Below, piece by piece: positions 1-22,907 of a DNA stretch of 64,000 bases. This DNA is from Dictyostelium discoideum (lineage: Eukaryota). Each line of letters starts with the position of its first letter. Within the stretch, counting starts at the first letter, position 1. The translations under genes and the position numbers were made by a program. The stretch lies in assembly GCA_000004695.1 (NCBI GenBank), contig CM000152.2:96001-160000 (forward strand). The letters run 5' to 3'. A model generated the notes under the pieces. It saw only the letters and a list, made by a program, of their open reading frames with translations. It had not been told where the DNA came from and made no database searches.

Positions 1-862
1 TCAATGAATTTAATAAACAAGAAAAAGAAAGAAATGATATAGCTAGAATACCACATAAGATTTGGGATAATTATTGGGTAAAAAAAAGTATAAGAACCAT
101 TGAAATTATATTTTGGATTTCATTAGGTTTAGGTACTGCTTATTATACTGATTTGGTTAATGTAATTTTATATAGTGAAATTATTAAAAGGTAAAAAAAA
201 AAAAATTTTATTTTATTTATTTTCTAAATAATATAATACTAATAATAATATTTATTATTATTATTTTTAGATTATATTTTAATATTGGAATTGTTGGATT
301 AGTTGGATTTATTTCAATTTATATTTATTGTGGTTATTTCTCAAAAGTTGATGTAAAAAAGAATGATGATGATTGGGAAAAGGTTCACCCAAAATTAATT
401 CCATTTGCAACAATTTTTTTAGTAATTTTTTCTTTTGGGTAATTATTATTTATTATTTAGTTTAAAAATTTATTTATCTTTTAAAATTTATTAATTTCTT
501 TTTTTTTTATTTTATTAAATTATAGCATAATGATAGGGTGTTGGCCAGTTTGGGGATTTTTAACACCACTTTTTTTATTTATTTATTTCGCATCTATATC
601 TTATATAATTTAGAAAAGAGAGTATAAAAATAAAAAATAATTGAATAATAATTTAGAAAAAAAAAAAAAAAATTAAAGAATTTTTATTATTTTATTATTT
701 TGGTTTTTTTAAAGTGAATTTTAAAATCACCTATTAAAAAAAAAAAAAAAAAAAGAAAAAAGAAAAAAAAAAAAATAATGATACTATTATATGAAATATT
801 TCATATAATTTTTAAAATATAATTTTTTTTTTTTTTAATTTATATTTATATATTTATATAAA

Positions 863-1960
863 TTATTGACGATAATGATTTGTATCAAATAATAAAGATA
901 CACCATGAGCTATATCCAAAACCAATTCATAAGTTAAAAACATGATACAAGAATTTGGAACTACACGAATGATATGTGGACCAGCACCACCAAATAAACC
1001 TCTTATACCTTCTTCTCTTGCGATTAAAGTTAAACCTTGAATGACACCAGTATATTTTGATTTTACACCTGGTTTAGTTTGTTCACGTAAACGAGTTCTA
1101 ACTACTTCATGAGGATAGGTTGTGATTGCAGCAATTAATTTAGCAATACCAGCAGATATTAAATATTCACTTGTTGATAATTCATTTGGATTTTCGTAAC
1201 CTTTTAAACGTTTTTCAGTGATGATACGATTCTTAAAGCCTTCATAGAGTACGAATTGGAAAGCACTCTCTGAGACTGAAATCAATGATGCACCCAATCC
1301 CTTGTAGAAACCCAATGGTCCCTCTTCTCTGAGAATCGATAGACAACAATGGAACATACCACGATATTGAGTACCCTCATTGAAATTCTTTAATGAGGTT
1401 TGTAATTGCATACGTGTTTTAATTAACCAAATGGGTGAAGTTGTAATTGCAACTGCTGCACCCGAACTAACGGCACTTGTAATCCAAAGTATTGGTCCAT
1501 CAGTGTATCCAAGTTTATTCATTATTGATTTGGTAAAACTATAACTACTGAAATGAATCGCTCTCGCTGGTGCAACACCTAATAAATGGGCCCCCAACCC
1601 TTTCCAAAGTCCACTCTTACCATCTCTTTTCACTAAATGATATAATGAATATGCTGTAGTTGGCACAAATCTTGGTTTATCTTTAACTAATAAATTGGAA
1701 TTCTTTGCTTGTAATTGAGTTTTTATAACTTCTAATGGTGATGTGCATATAACTCCTGCTGCTCCACCAATACCACCTGCTATAAAATGTAATAATGCAT
1801 TCTTTGATCTTTTTTTTCTATTATTATTATTATTATTATTATTGATATTATTATTATTATTTTGTATATTTATTATATTATTTATATTATTTAAATTATT
1901 GGGTATTTGAATTGAATTTGGAACTGATAAAGTTGTATAATTTATAAAAGTGGGAAACAT
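863..1960 (-). CDS. Mitochondrial carrier family protein, pyrimidine-nucleotide-carrier-like (Rim2 / SLC25A33/36 type)
   Basis: Single uninterrupted 365-aa ORF. It has three tandem carrier repeats, each carrying the Px[DE]xx[KR] signature (SPLEVIKTQLQ, SPIWLIKTRMQ, YPHEVVRTRLRE). The third matches the 'YPHEV[IV]RTRLRE' motif typical of Rim2/PNC carriers. Asn-rich N-terminal extension. Subfamily assignment is from memory of the family motifs, not a search. Confidence 0.85.
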   Translation of the reverse strand: MFPTFINYTTLSVPNSIQIPNNLNNINNIINIQNNNNNINNNNNNNNRKKRSKNALLHFIAGGIGGAAGVICTSPLEVIKTQLQAKNSNLLVKDKPRFVPTTAYSLYHLVKRDGKSGLWKGLGAHLLGVAPARAIHFSSYSFTKSIMNKLGYTDGPILWITSAVSSGAAVAITTSPIWLIKTRMQLQTSLKNFNEGTQYRGMFHCCLSILREEGPLGFYKGLGASLISVSESAFQFVLYEGFKNRIITEKRLKGYENPNELSTSEYLISAGIAKLIAAITTYPHEVVRTRLREQTKPGVKSKYTGVIQGLTLIAREEGIRGLFGGAGPHIIRVVPNSCIMFLTYELVLDIAHGVSLLFDTNHYRQ

Positions 1961-2282
1961 TTTATATATTTATTTTATAATTTTTTATTTTTTATTTTTA
2001 TTTTATTTTTTTTTTTTATTCTCAAGAATATTTATTGAAATCGGTCGTTTATTATAATTATAATTAAAAAACGAGTAAAAAAAAAATAAAAAAAATAAAA
2101 AAAATAAAAAGTTCGTTTTTTGATTTTTTTTAAAATTTTGACGAGAAAAAAAAAAAAATAATAATAAAATAATATAAAAAAAATACTTTTTCATATGACG
2201 ATAAAAATATGTGTGTGGTTTTTAATTTTTATTAATTTTCAAATTTTCTCTTTATTTATTTATATCTAGATATTTTTATATT

Positions 2283-2319
<37 letters not shown>

Positions 2320-2598
2320 TTTATTTTTGTAATTTTTTTATTTTTTTTATTTTTACACATTTTTAATTAATATTCAAAATAATATATTAATTAATACTTT
2401 TATTTTTTTTTTTTTCCACCAAATAATTATTTGTTATTTTTTTTTTTTTTAAATTTATTCACACACACACACAGAATAAATATATAATAAAAATATGCAA
2501 GAAAAAAAAAAAAGAAATAATTATATATTAATTTATTAAAAATAGTTGATGGTGGTAATTTGAAAATCAAGAAATTTTAATTTTTAAGTGAATTTTAT

Positions 2599-3531
2599 TT
2601 AAATTTCTTCTTCAGGGTAATCACCAACTAAAACATTTTTTGGTTTTGCAAAACAACCATATTTTGGAGAACATTGAAAGTATTGTTTACCTTTAACGGA
2701 ACCATCATTTTTACCTAATGGTAAATCTAATTCTACACCAATCCAAACACCTGAACTAAATTCAACAGTACCAACATATTGAACTTTACCTAATCTTTCA
2801 TCATAGTTTGTTGGATCATCTGAAATTACTTTACATCTATCACCAACTTTAATTTCAATTTCAGTATCAGTTGCATTGTTTGTTGTTGTTGTTGTTGCTG
2901 TTACTGTTGTTGCTGTTGTATCATTTTCTTTCTTTAATTGATTTTCTTCTTTCCACTTTTTATAAGTACCTTCACGTTTATTATAATCTTCTTCAGAAAT
3001 AACTGGTTTTGGTGCTTTTGAAATATCTTGTAATTCAGATACGAAATTATTTGGATCTTTATCAATGATATGAACATTCATACCATCTTTTGGTTCATAT
3101 GATCCTAATGTTTTATCATCATCATCGTCAATTTTACAAATATCATTCACTTTATTTTCATCACGTAAAATTAATTCCATATATTTTGGTTCTGTACCTA
3201 CAAATCTATATAACTATAAAAAATTAAAAAAATTAAAATTAAAAAAATTAATCCCATATATATTAGTTTTATATAAATTTATATTATTATTATTGTTGTT
3301 TTTAATTATTAATTATTATTAATTATTACTTACTTTTTCTTTAAAATCTTTTATTTTGAGATCAAGTGAAAAGTTTTTAAAATTGTTTGTTCCTAATGAT
3401 TCACCTGTTAAAACTGAATGTGTAATTTCTAATCTAACATTACCCTCTGGTGCTTTACCAACTGATATATCTTTACCATCACCAATAATATATTCTCTAA
3501 TTATTTCAAAATCACTTTTTGTTGAACTCAT
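2599..3531 (-). CDS. tbcB: Tubulin-specific chaperone (folding cofactor) B; 2 exons (3531..3334, 3213..2599)
   Basis: Exon 1 (66 codons) encodes a ubiquitin-like N-terminal domain (MSSTKSDFEIIREY...) and ends at a GTAAGTAAT donor (rc at 3325-3333). Exon 2 follows a TTTATAG acceptor (rc 3214-3220) in phase 0. Its C-terminus is a CAP-Gly domain (GKNDGSVKGKQYFQCSPKYGCFAKPKNV) ending DYPEEEI, collinear with human TBCB as recalled. The intron is ~120 nt and >85% AT. Confidence 0.85.
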
Positions 3532-3728
3532 TCTCTTTTTTTTCTTTTGTGTATATTTGTTTTTGTTAAGGTATTTTTGGGAAAATAAAAAAAAAAAATA
3601 AAAAAAAAAAAATTATAAAAAAAACATAATTTTGAGAAGTCGAACAATTTTTTTATAAGAGACTAAAAAATCTGAAAAAAAAAAAAAAAAAAAAAATATA
3701 TTTTTAGAAAAAAAGTTTATTTATTTGT

Positions 3729-3764
<36 letters not shown>

Positions 3765-3769
3765 AAACA

Positions 3770-4330
3770 TTAAAAATCAATGGCATCTTTTGATATATTA
3801 TTATTATTAATATTATTATTATTTTGATTCATTTTTATTTTAATTTCAAAAATTTTTTCAAATGTTTTTAATAATTCACTTTGGGCCAAACTAAATTCAC
3901 TTTCTTTGTTTGTCTGACTTTTTAAAAAACCCACTCTTCTTTTTCTATTTTTTTTTTTTATTTTTTTAATGGTAAAAAATATCAATTAGAATTTAAATTA
4001 AAATTTTTTTAAAAAAAAAAAAAAAAGTAATAATAAAAATTTATATACTCACAAATTTTCACATTCATTTAATAAAATTCTTAATCTTAAAATACATTCA
4101 GATTGATGTTGGATACTTTTTAACTCATCATCTTGTATTTCATCTTCTTCAAAATTACATTTATCAAAAATTTCATTTATATCTTTTAATTTTTTTTTTA
4201 ATTCTTCTGCTGATTCTGTAAAATCATTAATTGTTGTATTTGTGTTTGTAGTTGTATTTGTAGTTGTGCTTGTGGTTGTGGTTGTTTCAGTTTTTTTTTT
4301 TTTTTTTGGGTGGGAATAACTCATTTTCAT
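3770..4330 (-). CDS. Hypothetical small acidic/Thr-rich protein, 2 exons (4330..4053, 3944..3770)
   Basis: ORF 4049..4330 ends at a GTGAGT donor (rc 4047-4052) in phase 2. After a 108-nt AT-rich intron, a TAG acceptor (rc 3945-3947) joins ORF 3770..3985 in the matching phase, giving ~150 aa. No recognisable domain. The model rests only on ORF and splice-signal consistency. Confidence 0.4.
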
Positions 4331-4382
4331 AAAATCTTTTTTCCCCGCTCATTTTCGCAAAATAAAACAAAAAAAAAAAAAA

Positions 4383-4418
<36 letters not shown>

Positions 4419-4860
4419 AAAAAAAAATAAAATAAAATAATAATTTCAAAAATGTTATCAAAAAATAAAACAATTTATCAAATTTTCAAATAAAATTTAA
4501 AATAAATATATAAATAGAAATGACAACTTAATTTTGTTTATAAACTTGGACTTATTCCAATGGTGAAGGTAAAAAAAAACAATAAAAACCTTAGAATCAA
4601 TGCTACTGGCTCTTTAGATTGACACATTTTATTTTTTTACCAATTACAATCATCTTTTTCTTTTTTTTTTTTTTTTTTTTTTTTATTTTTTTTATATTTT
4701 TTTATTTATTTTATCCTTGAATTAATTATAATTATTTTTAATTATTTTTTTTTTATTTTTAATTTTCATTTTTTTTTTATATTTATTTTTTTAATTTTTT
4801 TTTAATTTTTAGGTTTCGCATTTTTCCTTTTAAAGAGATTTCCTAAAAACAGTTATTTAA

Positions 4861-4900
<40 letters not shown>

Positions 4901-6095
4901 TTTTTTAAATTTCCAAAGAAATTTTATTGTGTCGCTTTAGATATGTTTTACATTGAATAAGTTAAAATATGGTTGAAACCGCGAACCTACCAAATTCATA
5001 GATTTCACTCAATTTTCTTTATTTTATTTAAAGTTAACAATACCAACCAAAGACGATTTATTTTTCATTGTTTCATTTCATTATTAAATTAATAAACCAA
5101 CAAAAAAAAAATCATTATTGGTAGGATTTGCAAAAGAAACAAAATTATTCCTTTTTTTTAAAATTTTAAAAGGTATTATTACTAATTAAACAAAAATAGT
5201 AAAACTAATTTTTTTTTTTTTTTTTTTTTTTTTGGCCAAAGATTTTTAAAAAACATAATAATTAAAAAAAAAAAAAAAAAACTATTTTATAAAATAAAAT
5301 AAAAAATTATAAATTCATTTTTTTTTTTTTTTTATCTATTACTTGCAAATAATAATAAAAACAGTACTATTACAATAAAATTTAAAATTCACCTCTTATC
5401 CCCATTATTCACATTTATTACTTTATTTATAAAATAATTTTTAACCGTTCAAAAAAAAAAAAAAAAACACTCGTTCGTGTGAAAAAAAATTATATCAAAA
5501 AATAAAATATTGTTTAATTTATTTCACCACAATTCTTAGTTTATTTTATAAAAAGGTATTGTTTATTTTATTTTTTTTTTTAAATTCTTTTTTTTTTTTT
5601 TTTATTTATTATTATTTTTTTTTATTTAATTGATTTATTTAAATTTAATTAAAAATGTTTTTTTTTTAATTAAAAAAAGTTTTTATTTTTTTTATTATTT
5701 TATTTTTATTTTTATTTTTATTTTTCCTTTTTCCTTTTTTTTCTTTTTTTTTTTTATTTTTAATTTTTTTTTTACTTTCAATGGATAAATAAAAATAAAC
5801 ATAAATTAAAAAAATAAATAAAAAAAAGGAAAAACTTTGAAAAAAAGGGAAATTTTTGATTGTGCGTTATTTTTAACTTTTATTAAAAAATAATAAACTA
5901 AATCCACTTTTCAACTCATAAATAATTTTTTTTTTTTTTTTTACTATTTATTACTTTTTTTTTCCAAGATAAAATAAAAAAAAAAAAAATCTAATTACTA
6001 ATTAATTTCAAATTTTTCATTGAAAAATAAAATCAATAGAAAAATAATAATAAAAATAATAATATTAATAATAATAATAATAATAAAATAATTAT

Positions 6096-6131
<36 letters not shown>

Positions 6132-6263
6132 AAGGTTTATCCTTTTATTCCATACTATATGTATAGAATATTTATTATAAGAATATAAAATTTTATATAC
6201 ATATTTGTAAATACAAAAAAAAAAATAAATAAATAGTTAGATAATAAATAATAAATAATAATA

Positions 6264-12452
<6,189 letters not shown>

Positions 12453-12475
12453 AAATATTAGATACTTTGATATAA

Positions 12476-12514
<39 letters not shown>

Positions 12515-12741
12515 ATATATTTATTTATTTATTTATTTATTTATTTTTTTATTTATTTTATTTATTTATTTATTTTATTTTATTTTTTTTATTTATACTT
12601 TTTTTTAAATACTGTAGTGGATAACAAGAATTTTGAGACGTTAATATAACTATTTCAAATTGAAAAATCTGTCATACAATAAAAAAAAAAAATAAAAATA
12701 AAAAAATAATAATAATAAAAAATATGAATAATAAATATAAA

Positions 12742-12785
<44 letters not shown>

Positions 12786-12989
12786 TAAAAAAAAAAAAAG
12801 GAAAATTAATTTAAAAAAAACAATAATAAAAAAAAAGAATAAAAAATAAAAAAAAAAAGAACAAGAAGATAAAATAAAAAAAAAATAAAAAAAAAAAGGA
12901 TTTTTCTTTTTTTTTTCATTCCTTTTCTTTTTTTTTTTTATTTTTTTTATTGAAATATCCTTTTTTCAAGAAATTTTTTTTTTTTTAGC

Positions 12990-13024
<35 letters not shown>

Positions 13025-13695
13025 ATAAAAAAGAAAAGAAAAGAAATGAAAAAAAATGAAAAAATGAGAAAAAAATAAAAAAAAAAAAAAAAATTTTTCA
13101 ATAAAATGTTGGTTGTTTTTATTATTTACATCATTGATTTTAAAAAAAAAAAAAAACCCAAAAATATTGAAATAAAACCAATAATAAATTCAAATAAATA
13201 TTTAACCCATTGATTTCAGTTGTTAATAATAATTATTAATATACAATTGTTCGAACCTAAATATAATTTACTTAAAATTAAAAATAACCCACTTGAATAT
13301 TTTTTATTTTAAAATCATTTTTTTATTTATTTTTTCACCAGTTTTTTTTTTTTTTTTACACAATTGACCCCACCCATCAAGATTAATTTGATTTTATTTT
13401 ATTTTTTTTCAAATAAAAAATTTGATCAATTTTTTTTGTGATTCCAAAAATATCTTTTTTCCAACAAAATTTTTTTTTTTTAATTTTTTTTTTTTTTACA
13501 TTTTTTTATTTTTATTTTTTCCCAAATTCCAGTTTAAAATACTTTTTTTTTTTTTTTTTTTTATTTTATTTTCATTTTAAATTTTCACAAACTACATCTT
13601 TTTATTTTTATTTTTTCTGTTTAATCTTTCCATCACAAAAAAAAAAAAAAAAAAAAAAAATTAAATAAATATATAACAGTATATTATCTTCAAAA

Positions 13696-16817
<3,122 letters not shown>

Positions 16818-17090
16818 CAATAATAATTTTTAAACCCCATAAAAAAAAAAAAAATGAATAGTTTTAATATTCATATATATATTATTTTATTGTAATTCTA
16901 TTATTTTTATAAAAAAAAAAAAAAAAAAAAGAAATATCGAAAAACATTTAATAAAACCTTATTTATTTATTTATTTATTTAAGAAAATAAACAAAAGAAA
17001 AAGTGTGTAATGATTATTTTTTAATTAAAAAATATTAAAAGTTTATTTGTTTATTTGTTTGTTTGTTTTTTTTTTACACTAAAATTTTAT

Positions 17091-17951
17091 TTATTTATTA
17101 TTTGAAGCTAATCTATCCTTCCATTTACTTTTACGTAATTTAATTGGACGATTACCAATATATTTTCCATTCATTGTATTAAAAGCAGAGATATAATCTG
17201 ATGAACTTGAAAAAGAAACAAAACCAAAACCTCTAGATTTACCAACTTTATCAAAGATAACTTTTGCTTTTAAAAAGGTTGGATATTTTAAAAATGCTTG
17301 TCTTAACATTTCTTCGGTGACATCATTACCAAGATCACCAACGAATATACGAAAATCATTTGGATCCCATTCAGCTAAAGTATGATCAGTCCATTTTTCA
17401 CCAGCAGCTTCCATAACTATATTTGTGTTTTTTTTTGGTTCTTCCATTGTAACTTGAGGTCTAAGTGCTGCAATTGATAAATTTGTTGCTGTGGTGGTTG
17501 GATAATTAACTGAAACTTTTGGTTTGTCATTAGCTAATAAATTGATTGTATTTGCTGAATATGTAACTGCTTTTGAAGATACTACAGCTTTACTTGGTGT
17601 ATTACTATTTATTGAAGTTTTTGATACCATTTGTTTCTTTTTCATTAATGAAGGAGGTATCATTGGTTTAACACCAACATTTGTTGATGTTGTATTTGAG
17701 GTAGTAGTAGTAGTAGTAGTTGTAGTTGTTGTAGTTGGTGTAGTAGTAGTGGTTGGTGTATCATCTAATTTTCTTTTTATACCTGCTGTATTTGCACTAC
17801 TAGTAGTGGCTGGTGAAGGTGCTGTACCACCACTATTAGAATTCGAATTTGAGTTAGTCTGTGTTATAATGTTATTAGTATTTTTTGAAGAATCACCCAC
17901 ATTTTCGATTTCTTTAAAAAAGTCATCTATTTCATCATTTTCAGTCGACAT
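17091..17951 (-). CDS. RNA-binding protein, RBM42-like (C-terminal RRM)
   Basis: Single 286-aa ORF. The C-terminus (DPNDFRIFVGDLGNDVTEEMLRQAFLKYPTFLKAKVIFDKVGKSRGFGFVSFSSSSDYISAFNTMNGKYIGNRPIKLRKSKWKDR) is an RRM with RNP1 (RGFGFVSF) and RNP2 (IFVGDL). It is collinear with the RBM42 C-terminus (IFCGDLGNEV...KGYGFVSF...PIKLRKS) as recalled. Thr/Ser-rich N-terminal half. Confidence 0.8.
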   Translation of the reverse strand: MSTENDEIDDFFKEIENVGDSSKNTNNIITQTNSNSNSNSGGTAPSPATTSSANTAGIKRKLDDTPTTTTTPTTTTTTTTTTTTSNTTSTNVGVKPMIPPSLMKKKQMVSKTSINSNTPSKAVVSSKAVTYSANTINLLANDKPKVSVNYPTTTATNLSIAALRPQVTMEEPKKNTNIVMEAAGEKWTDHTLAEWDPNDFRIFVGDLGNDVTEEMLRQAFLKYPTFLKAKVIFDKVGKSRGFGFVSFSSSSDYISAFNTMNGKYIGNRPIKLRKSKWKDRLASNNK

Positions 17952-18290
17952 CTTTATTTATATGTATTTAAAAGAAAATGAAAAAAAAAAAAAATTAAAA
18001 AATTAAAAAAAAAAAAAAAAAAAAAATCGTATGGTTGTGTTAGAAAAAAAAAAAAAAACTAAAAATAAAAAATGAAAAAATAAAAATAAAAATAAAATAA
18101 TTTAATGAGAACTAAAAATAAAATGATATTATAAATATGAATATACAAACTATATACCATTTAAACGTTTATTAATTATTAATTATTTCCATTATGATAT
18201 TGATTATTGCTAATTATTATTATTATTATTTATTATTTTTTTTTAATAATATTGTACCATTATCTCTTTTTTTTTTTATTTTTTTTTTAT

Positions 18291-20176
18291 TTATTTTGAA
18301 TCTTTTAAATTTTGATCATTTAAATTTGTAAATGAAGAACTTGTACCAGATAATCTTTTTGTTTTTGATTCTTGAGCCAATTTAACTCTTCTTTCACGTA
18401 AAGACATTTTACCAGATTTCATATCACCAAGTGAATTTGATAATTCTTCAGAGGAATTACCACCATTACTACCGGATAAACTATTGTTACTACCATGGGA
18501 GGCATGATTTTCATTACCACCTATTGATTCAACATCCTTGGTATTGTATTGACCAGAGGAACGAGTGAATTTCTCTTCAATTTTTTGTTTAGTTTGTTCA
18601 GCTTTTTCAACGACATGACTCATTTGTCTATCGTTATGATCACTTAGGGTCTTTTGATATTCTACTTTTTCAATGTTAATTGCTTTAATCCATTCGGAGA
18701 GAGTATCTTTATCGGGGGCAGTAATCATCATAGAGAATGATTTTTCTTTTAGAATTTGAAGATTTAATGAACCTTCAAACTCTTTTAGCACCAATTGATG
18801 AAGGAAAATGATTTGTTCGAATTGAAGACGAATTGTTTTTTGTTTACCAAAGAAAGAGGAACCACTTGATTTATTTGGACGAGTGATTGCCAAACTATCA
18901 TTAAAGAGATAGAGTACGATTAAACTTTTCTTTCCCTTTGGTAGTACCTCATGAAATTCACCTTCCTTAATGAAACGTCTATGAGATTTAGCGAGTTGTT
19001 GAGTTTGATCACCATCTAATTTCTCTTGAATCTCTGCCAACTTCATGATACTTTCAGCCTCCTTTCTCATTTCATTCATATTCTCTGCGACACTATTAAT
19101 CTTTTCAAAGGCGATTTTCAATTGTTCATAGTCTGGATGTGTTGGCCAAGTATGACCAATCATATCTTTGATCAATAATGAGTATCTTGGAATACGTTGA
19201 ATGGGTCTAATTAAGTAATCCTCCAAACCACGTAACTTGATCTCTTCGTTTGATTCCTTAACTTTGTTCAAATAGGATTTGAATTTGGTTTGTTTCTTAC
19301 ATTCATTTAGTACACCCATCGCTTCGCTATAACTTCTACTATATTGAGAGTAGATCTTTAGGAAATTGGAAAACTTTATAAAGATATCACCAATCAATGT
19401 ATCCACTTTCCAGTCTTTAGTTCTACCCTCTAAATCGATCAATAAACGTTTATTGTATGACAAGATAATTGATACTTCACTAAAAATAGATTGAACTTCC
19501 TCTTGTGAAATAATTGGTGATCCCTTTTCAATGGCTTCTCTAAGATCCTTTAAAATATGATCATGAAGAAATGCTAAACGATTAATATATTCAACTTCTG
19601 TTTTCATAATCTCTTGTACAATTCTTTCTCTATAAGCTGAATCACGTGCTTGAATTTTCTTTCTATTTCTTTCAATCCATGCTCTTGTTGCTCTTTGAAT
19701 TCTAATTGCTGCTCTTTCTTCTAATGATAATTTTGTTGTTGTTTTAGTTGTTGTTGTTGTTGTTGTTGTTGGTGTTGGTGTTGTTACATTTGTTGTTGGT
19801 GTTGGTTGTTGTACAGTAGTTGTTGGTGTTGGTGTTGGTGTTGGTGTTGATGTTGATGTTGATGTTGATGTTGCATTTACGGAACTGGTGGAGGTAGTAG
19901 TAGTTGTTGTTGTTGTAGTTGTTGTTGATGGTGTTACAGTTGCAGTTGAAACTACAGTTGATTTAGTTGGTGAAGCAGTATCAGAAGATTTAACAACTGG
20001 TGAAGTTGCTGGTGAATTATTTAATGATACTTGATCTGGTGCTGAAGTACCCTTTACATAACCAGTAATAATTGGTGATGCTGGTTGTGATAAACTATTT
20101 CTATCAGATTTTGGTGACTATTTAATTATAATAAAAAAATAAAATAAAATATTAAAGCATAGTTAGTAAAGGCATT

Positions 20177-20210
<34 letters not shown>

Positions 20211-20400
20211 TTTGTCAAATAAGTGATTATGGTTTTGGTGGAGTGTGGCTTTGTGATTACAAACATTATCAACATCATCATCATTGATTTCAACTTTATC
20301 AACTACCTCTTCTTTATTGATTTCATTGATGCTATTATCTTTTTTAGTTGTGTTACTTTTAGGATTATCATAATTATTACTATTACTAGTACTATTACTA

Positions 20401-20434
<34 letters not shown>

Positions 20435-20812
20435 CACTGTTATTATTTTTATTATTATCTTTTAAACTTTCACTAATATCACCATAACTACTACTAAAAT
20501 GATTTAAACTTGTATTATTTATACTTCCGGCACTACTGCTGACACTACGATTTCTAGAAATCAAGTTATTACTATTTGCGCTATTATAGTGAGTTGTACT
20601 TGAATATTTCCATTGATCCAATGTTTTTGGGGGTGATTGTGCTTGTTGAGTAGGGTTGCTGTTGTTATTATTATTATTATTATTATAATTATCATTATTT
20701 TTATTTGGTTTGAATTTTATTGTACAATATGGGCTATTATATGATGTCCCATTTGATGATATAAATACTGATTTTGATTTACTGGTATTATTATTAAAAA
20801 CACTATTATTAC

Positions 20813-20893
<81 letters not shown>

Positions 20894-22239
20894 GACTGTT
20901 ACTATTATTATTATTATTATTATTATTGTTGTTATTATTATATTTTGTACTATTAAAAAAAGAAGGTTCTTTCCATTTTTTTAATATATCTTTAAATGAA
21001 AATTCCCCCAAACTATTATTATTTTTATTATTATTATTATTATTATTATTACTACTATTACTACTAATATAACTACTATTATTACTACTACTACTACTAC
21101 TACTACTATTATTATTATTATTATTATTATCTACATTTTTATTTTTAATATTAAGATCACTTTTATTATATCTTATACTACCAGTACTATTGCAACTATC
21201 ACTTAAACTACTATTACTATTTATATTGTTTCCACTATTAACAGTCTCATCCTTTATAAAGTCATCCATAGAGTTGGTAGATATTGATGAAGTTGAAAAA
21301 AGAGGTGAAGATGATAAAGAAGAGTAAGATGATGAGGGTGATGATAGTGTACTATTATTTTTACTATTATTATTACTAATACTATTATTAATAATACCAC
21401 CACTATTACTACAATTATTATTATTATTATTATTTAAATTATTATTATTTAAATTATTTACCCTTAAAACAGGACTATTATCAGGATAAAGTTGCTTTTG
21501 TGCGGCGATATGTTTGAATAATTGATTTTTAGTTTCTTCAACAGAGTTACCCTCATTTTGAGTTTGACTCTTTTTAATTACTTCTTGTCTTTTATTCTCT
21601 CTAATTGTAAATTGTGCTAACAATTGTTCTGCATGATTAATTTGATCATTTGAAAATTTCTCTTCCTCTGCATTAAGTTGTGGCCATTCAACTGAAAAAT
21701 CATAATTGCTATCTGAATTTGCAATCTATAATTTTTTTATAATAAAATTAATATAATAAAAATAAATAAAATAAAAATAAATAAAATAAAAATAAAAAAA
21801 TAAATAAGTTTTTATTTTTATTAATAGGGAAAAAAAAAAAAAAAAATAAATAAATAATAATAAAACTTACTTTACAAACAGATTCTAAACATTCAATTAC
21901 TCTTCTAATATTTGAATAAGTGATTTGATTATTAACGATATCTAATAATGTGAATCTTTTATGACGTGGTACACCCATATCAGCACATGCTTGAATAAAG
22001 AAAGATATGTTTTCATTGTATTTGAAACGAATGGTTGTTTTTGGTGTATTGGCTGTATCTGGATTGGAAATTCTTGGCATTAATCTTGGACTAATCGTAT
22101 GCATAACTTTACATAATAATACACCATCATCTAAAATCTGTGCAAAATCTTTACTTTGATCAATTTTAATATCCAATACATTCTCTATCCATTGTAATGC
22201 TGCTTTTTTCTTACAAAGAAATGCTGCTGATTTACTCAT
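18291..22239 (-). CDS. Rho guanine-nucleotide exchange factor with N-terminal CH domain, long Asn/Ser-rich linker, IQ motif, DH (RhoGEF) and PH domains. At least 3 exons
   Basis: Exon 1, 22239..21871: calponin-homology domain (AALQWIENVLDIKI...DGVLLCKVMH...), GTAAGT donor (rc 21865-21870). Exon 2 starts at 21725 after an ATTATAG acceptor and is an open 1.5-kb Asn/Ser-rich frame down to ~20261/20175. The 3' exon, 20117..18291, begins right after an AATTAAATAG acceptor (rc 20118-20127). It encodes a T/S/P-rich linker, an IQ motif (AAIRIQRATRAWIERNRKKIQARD), a DH domain (...LIRPIQRIPRYSLLIKDM...) and a PH-like domain, then stops at 18291. ORF 18291..19607 in the table is only the part downstream of an internal Met. 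The exon 2/3 junction is unresolved (see findings). Confidence 0.7.
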
Positions 22240-22870
22240 TTTATATATTTGATTTTATGTATGTATGTGTATGTATCTGTGTGTATGTGTATGTGTGTGT
22301 GTGTGAGTTAGAAAGTTTTTTTTCTTTTTTAAAAAGTGTATTTTTTTTTTTTTTTTTTTTTTTTTCTTTGTAAAAAAAAAAAAAAAAAAAAAAAGTGAGA
22401 AAGAAAATTATAAAAACTATTTATATTATTTATTTATTTAATTTTATTTATTTTTATTTATTTTTATTGTGTGTGTGTGTGTGATACTATCTTGATGGTG
22501 AGTTTTGTGAATGAGTAATGTACTGGGAGTGTGGTTTTTGAGAAAAGAATAAAAAAAAGAAAAAATTAAAAAAAAAAAAAAAATTTCTTTTTTTTATTTT
22601 TTTTATTTTTATTTTTATTTTTGGATGTGTGTGTTAAATGTGATTTTTTTTGATTTTTTTTTTAAACAAAATGAAACAAAAATAAAAATAAAAAAATAAA
22701 AAAATAAAAAAATAAAAAAATAAAAAAAATATATATATACTGAGGTTATATGTGTGATTGTGATTGAAAGTGTTGATAGTGGATTAATATTTTTTTTTTT
22801 TTTTTTTTTTTCTAAAATTTTATTATAAAAAAAAAAAAATTTAAAAAAAAAAAAAAAAATGGGTTGGTTC

Positions 22871-22907
<37 letters not shown>

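Noticed and set aside
2003-2194. 63-aa poly-Phe/Lys ORF
   Set aside because: It is a translation of poly(T)/poly(A) intergenic DNA.
4920-5000. Possible tRNA or small-RNA gene (GC-rich island ggttgaaaccgcgaacctacc) in the AT-rich intergenic region
   Set aside because: It cannot be folded into a cloverleaf. There is no GTTCRANYC T-loop or CCA-proximal acceptor pairing. The DUSE-like box at ~5388 (tccccatta) does not match the consensus.
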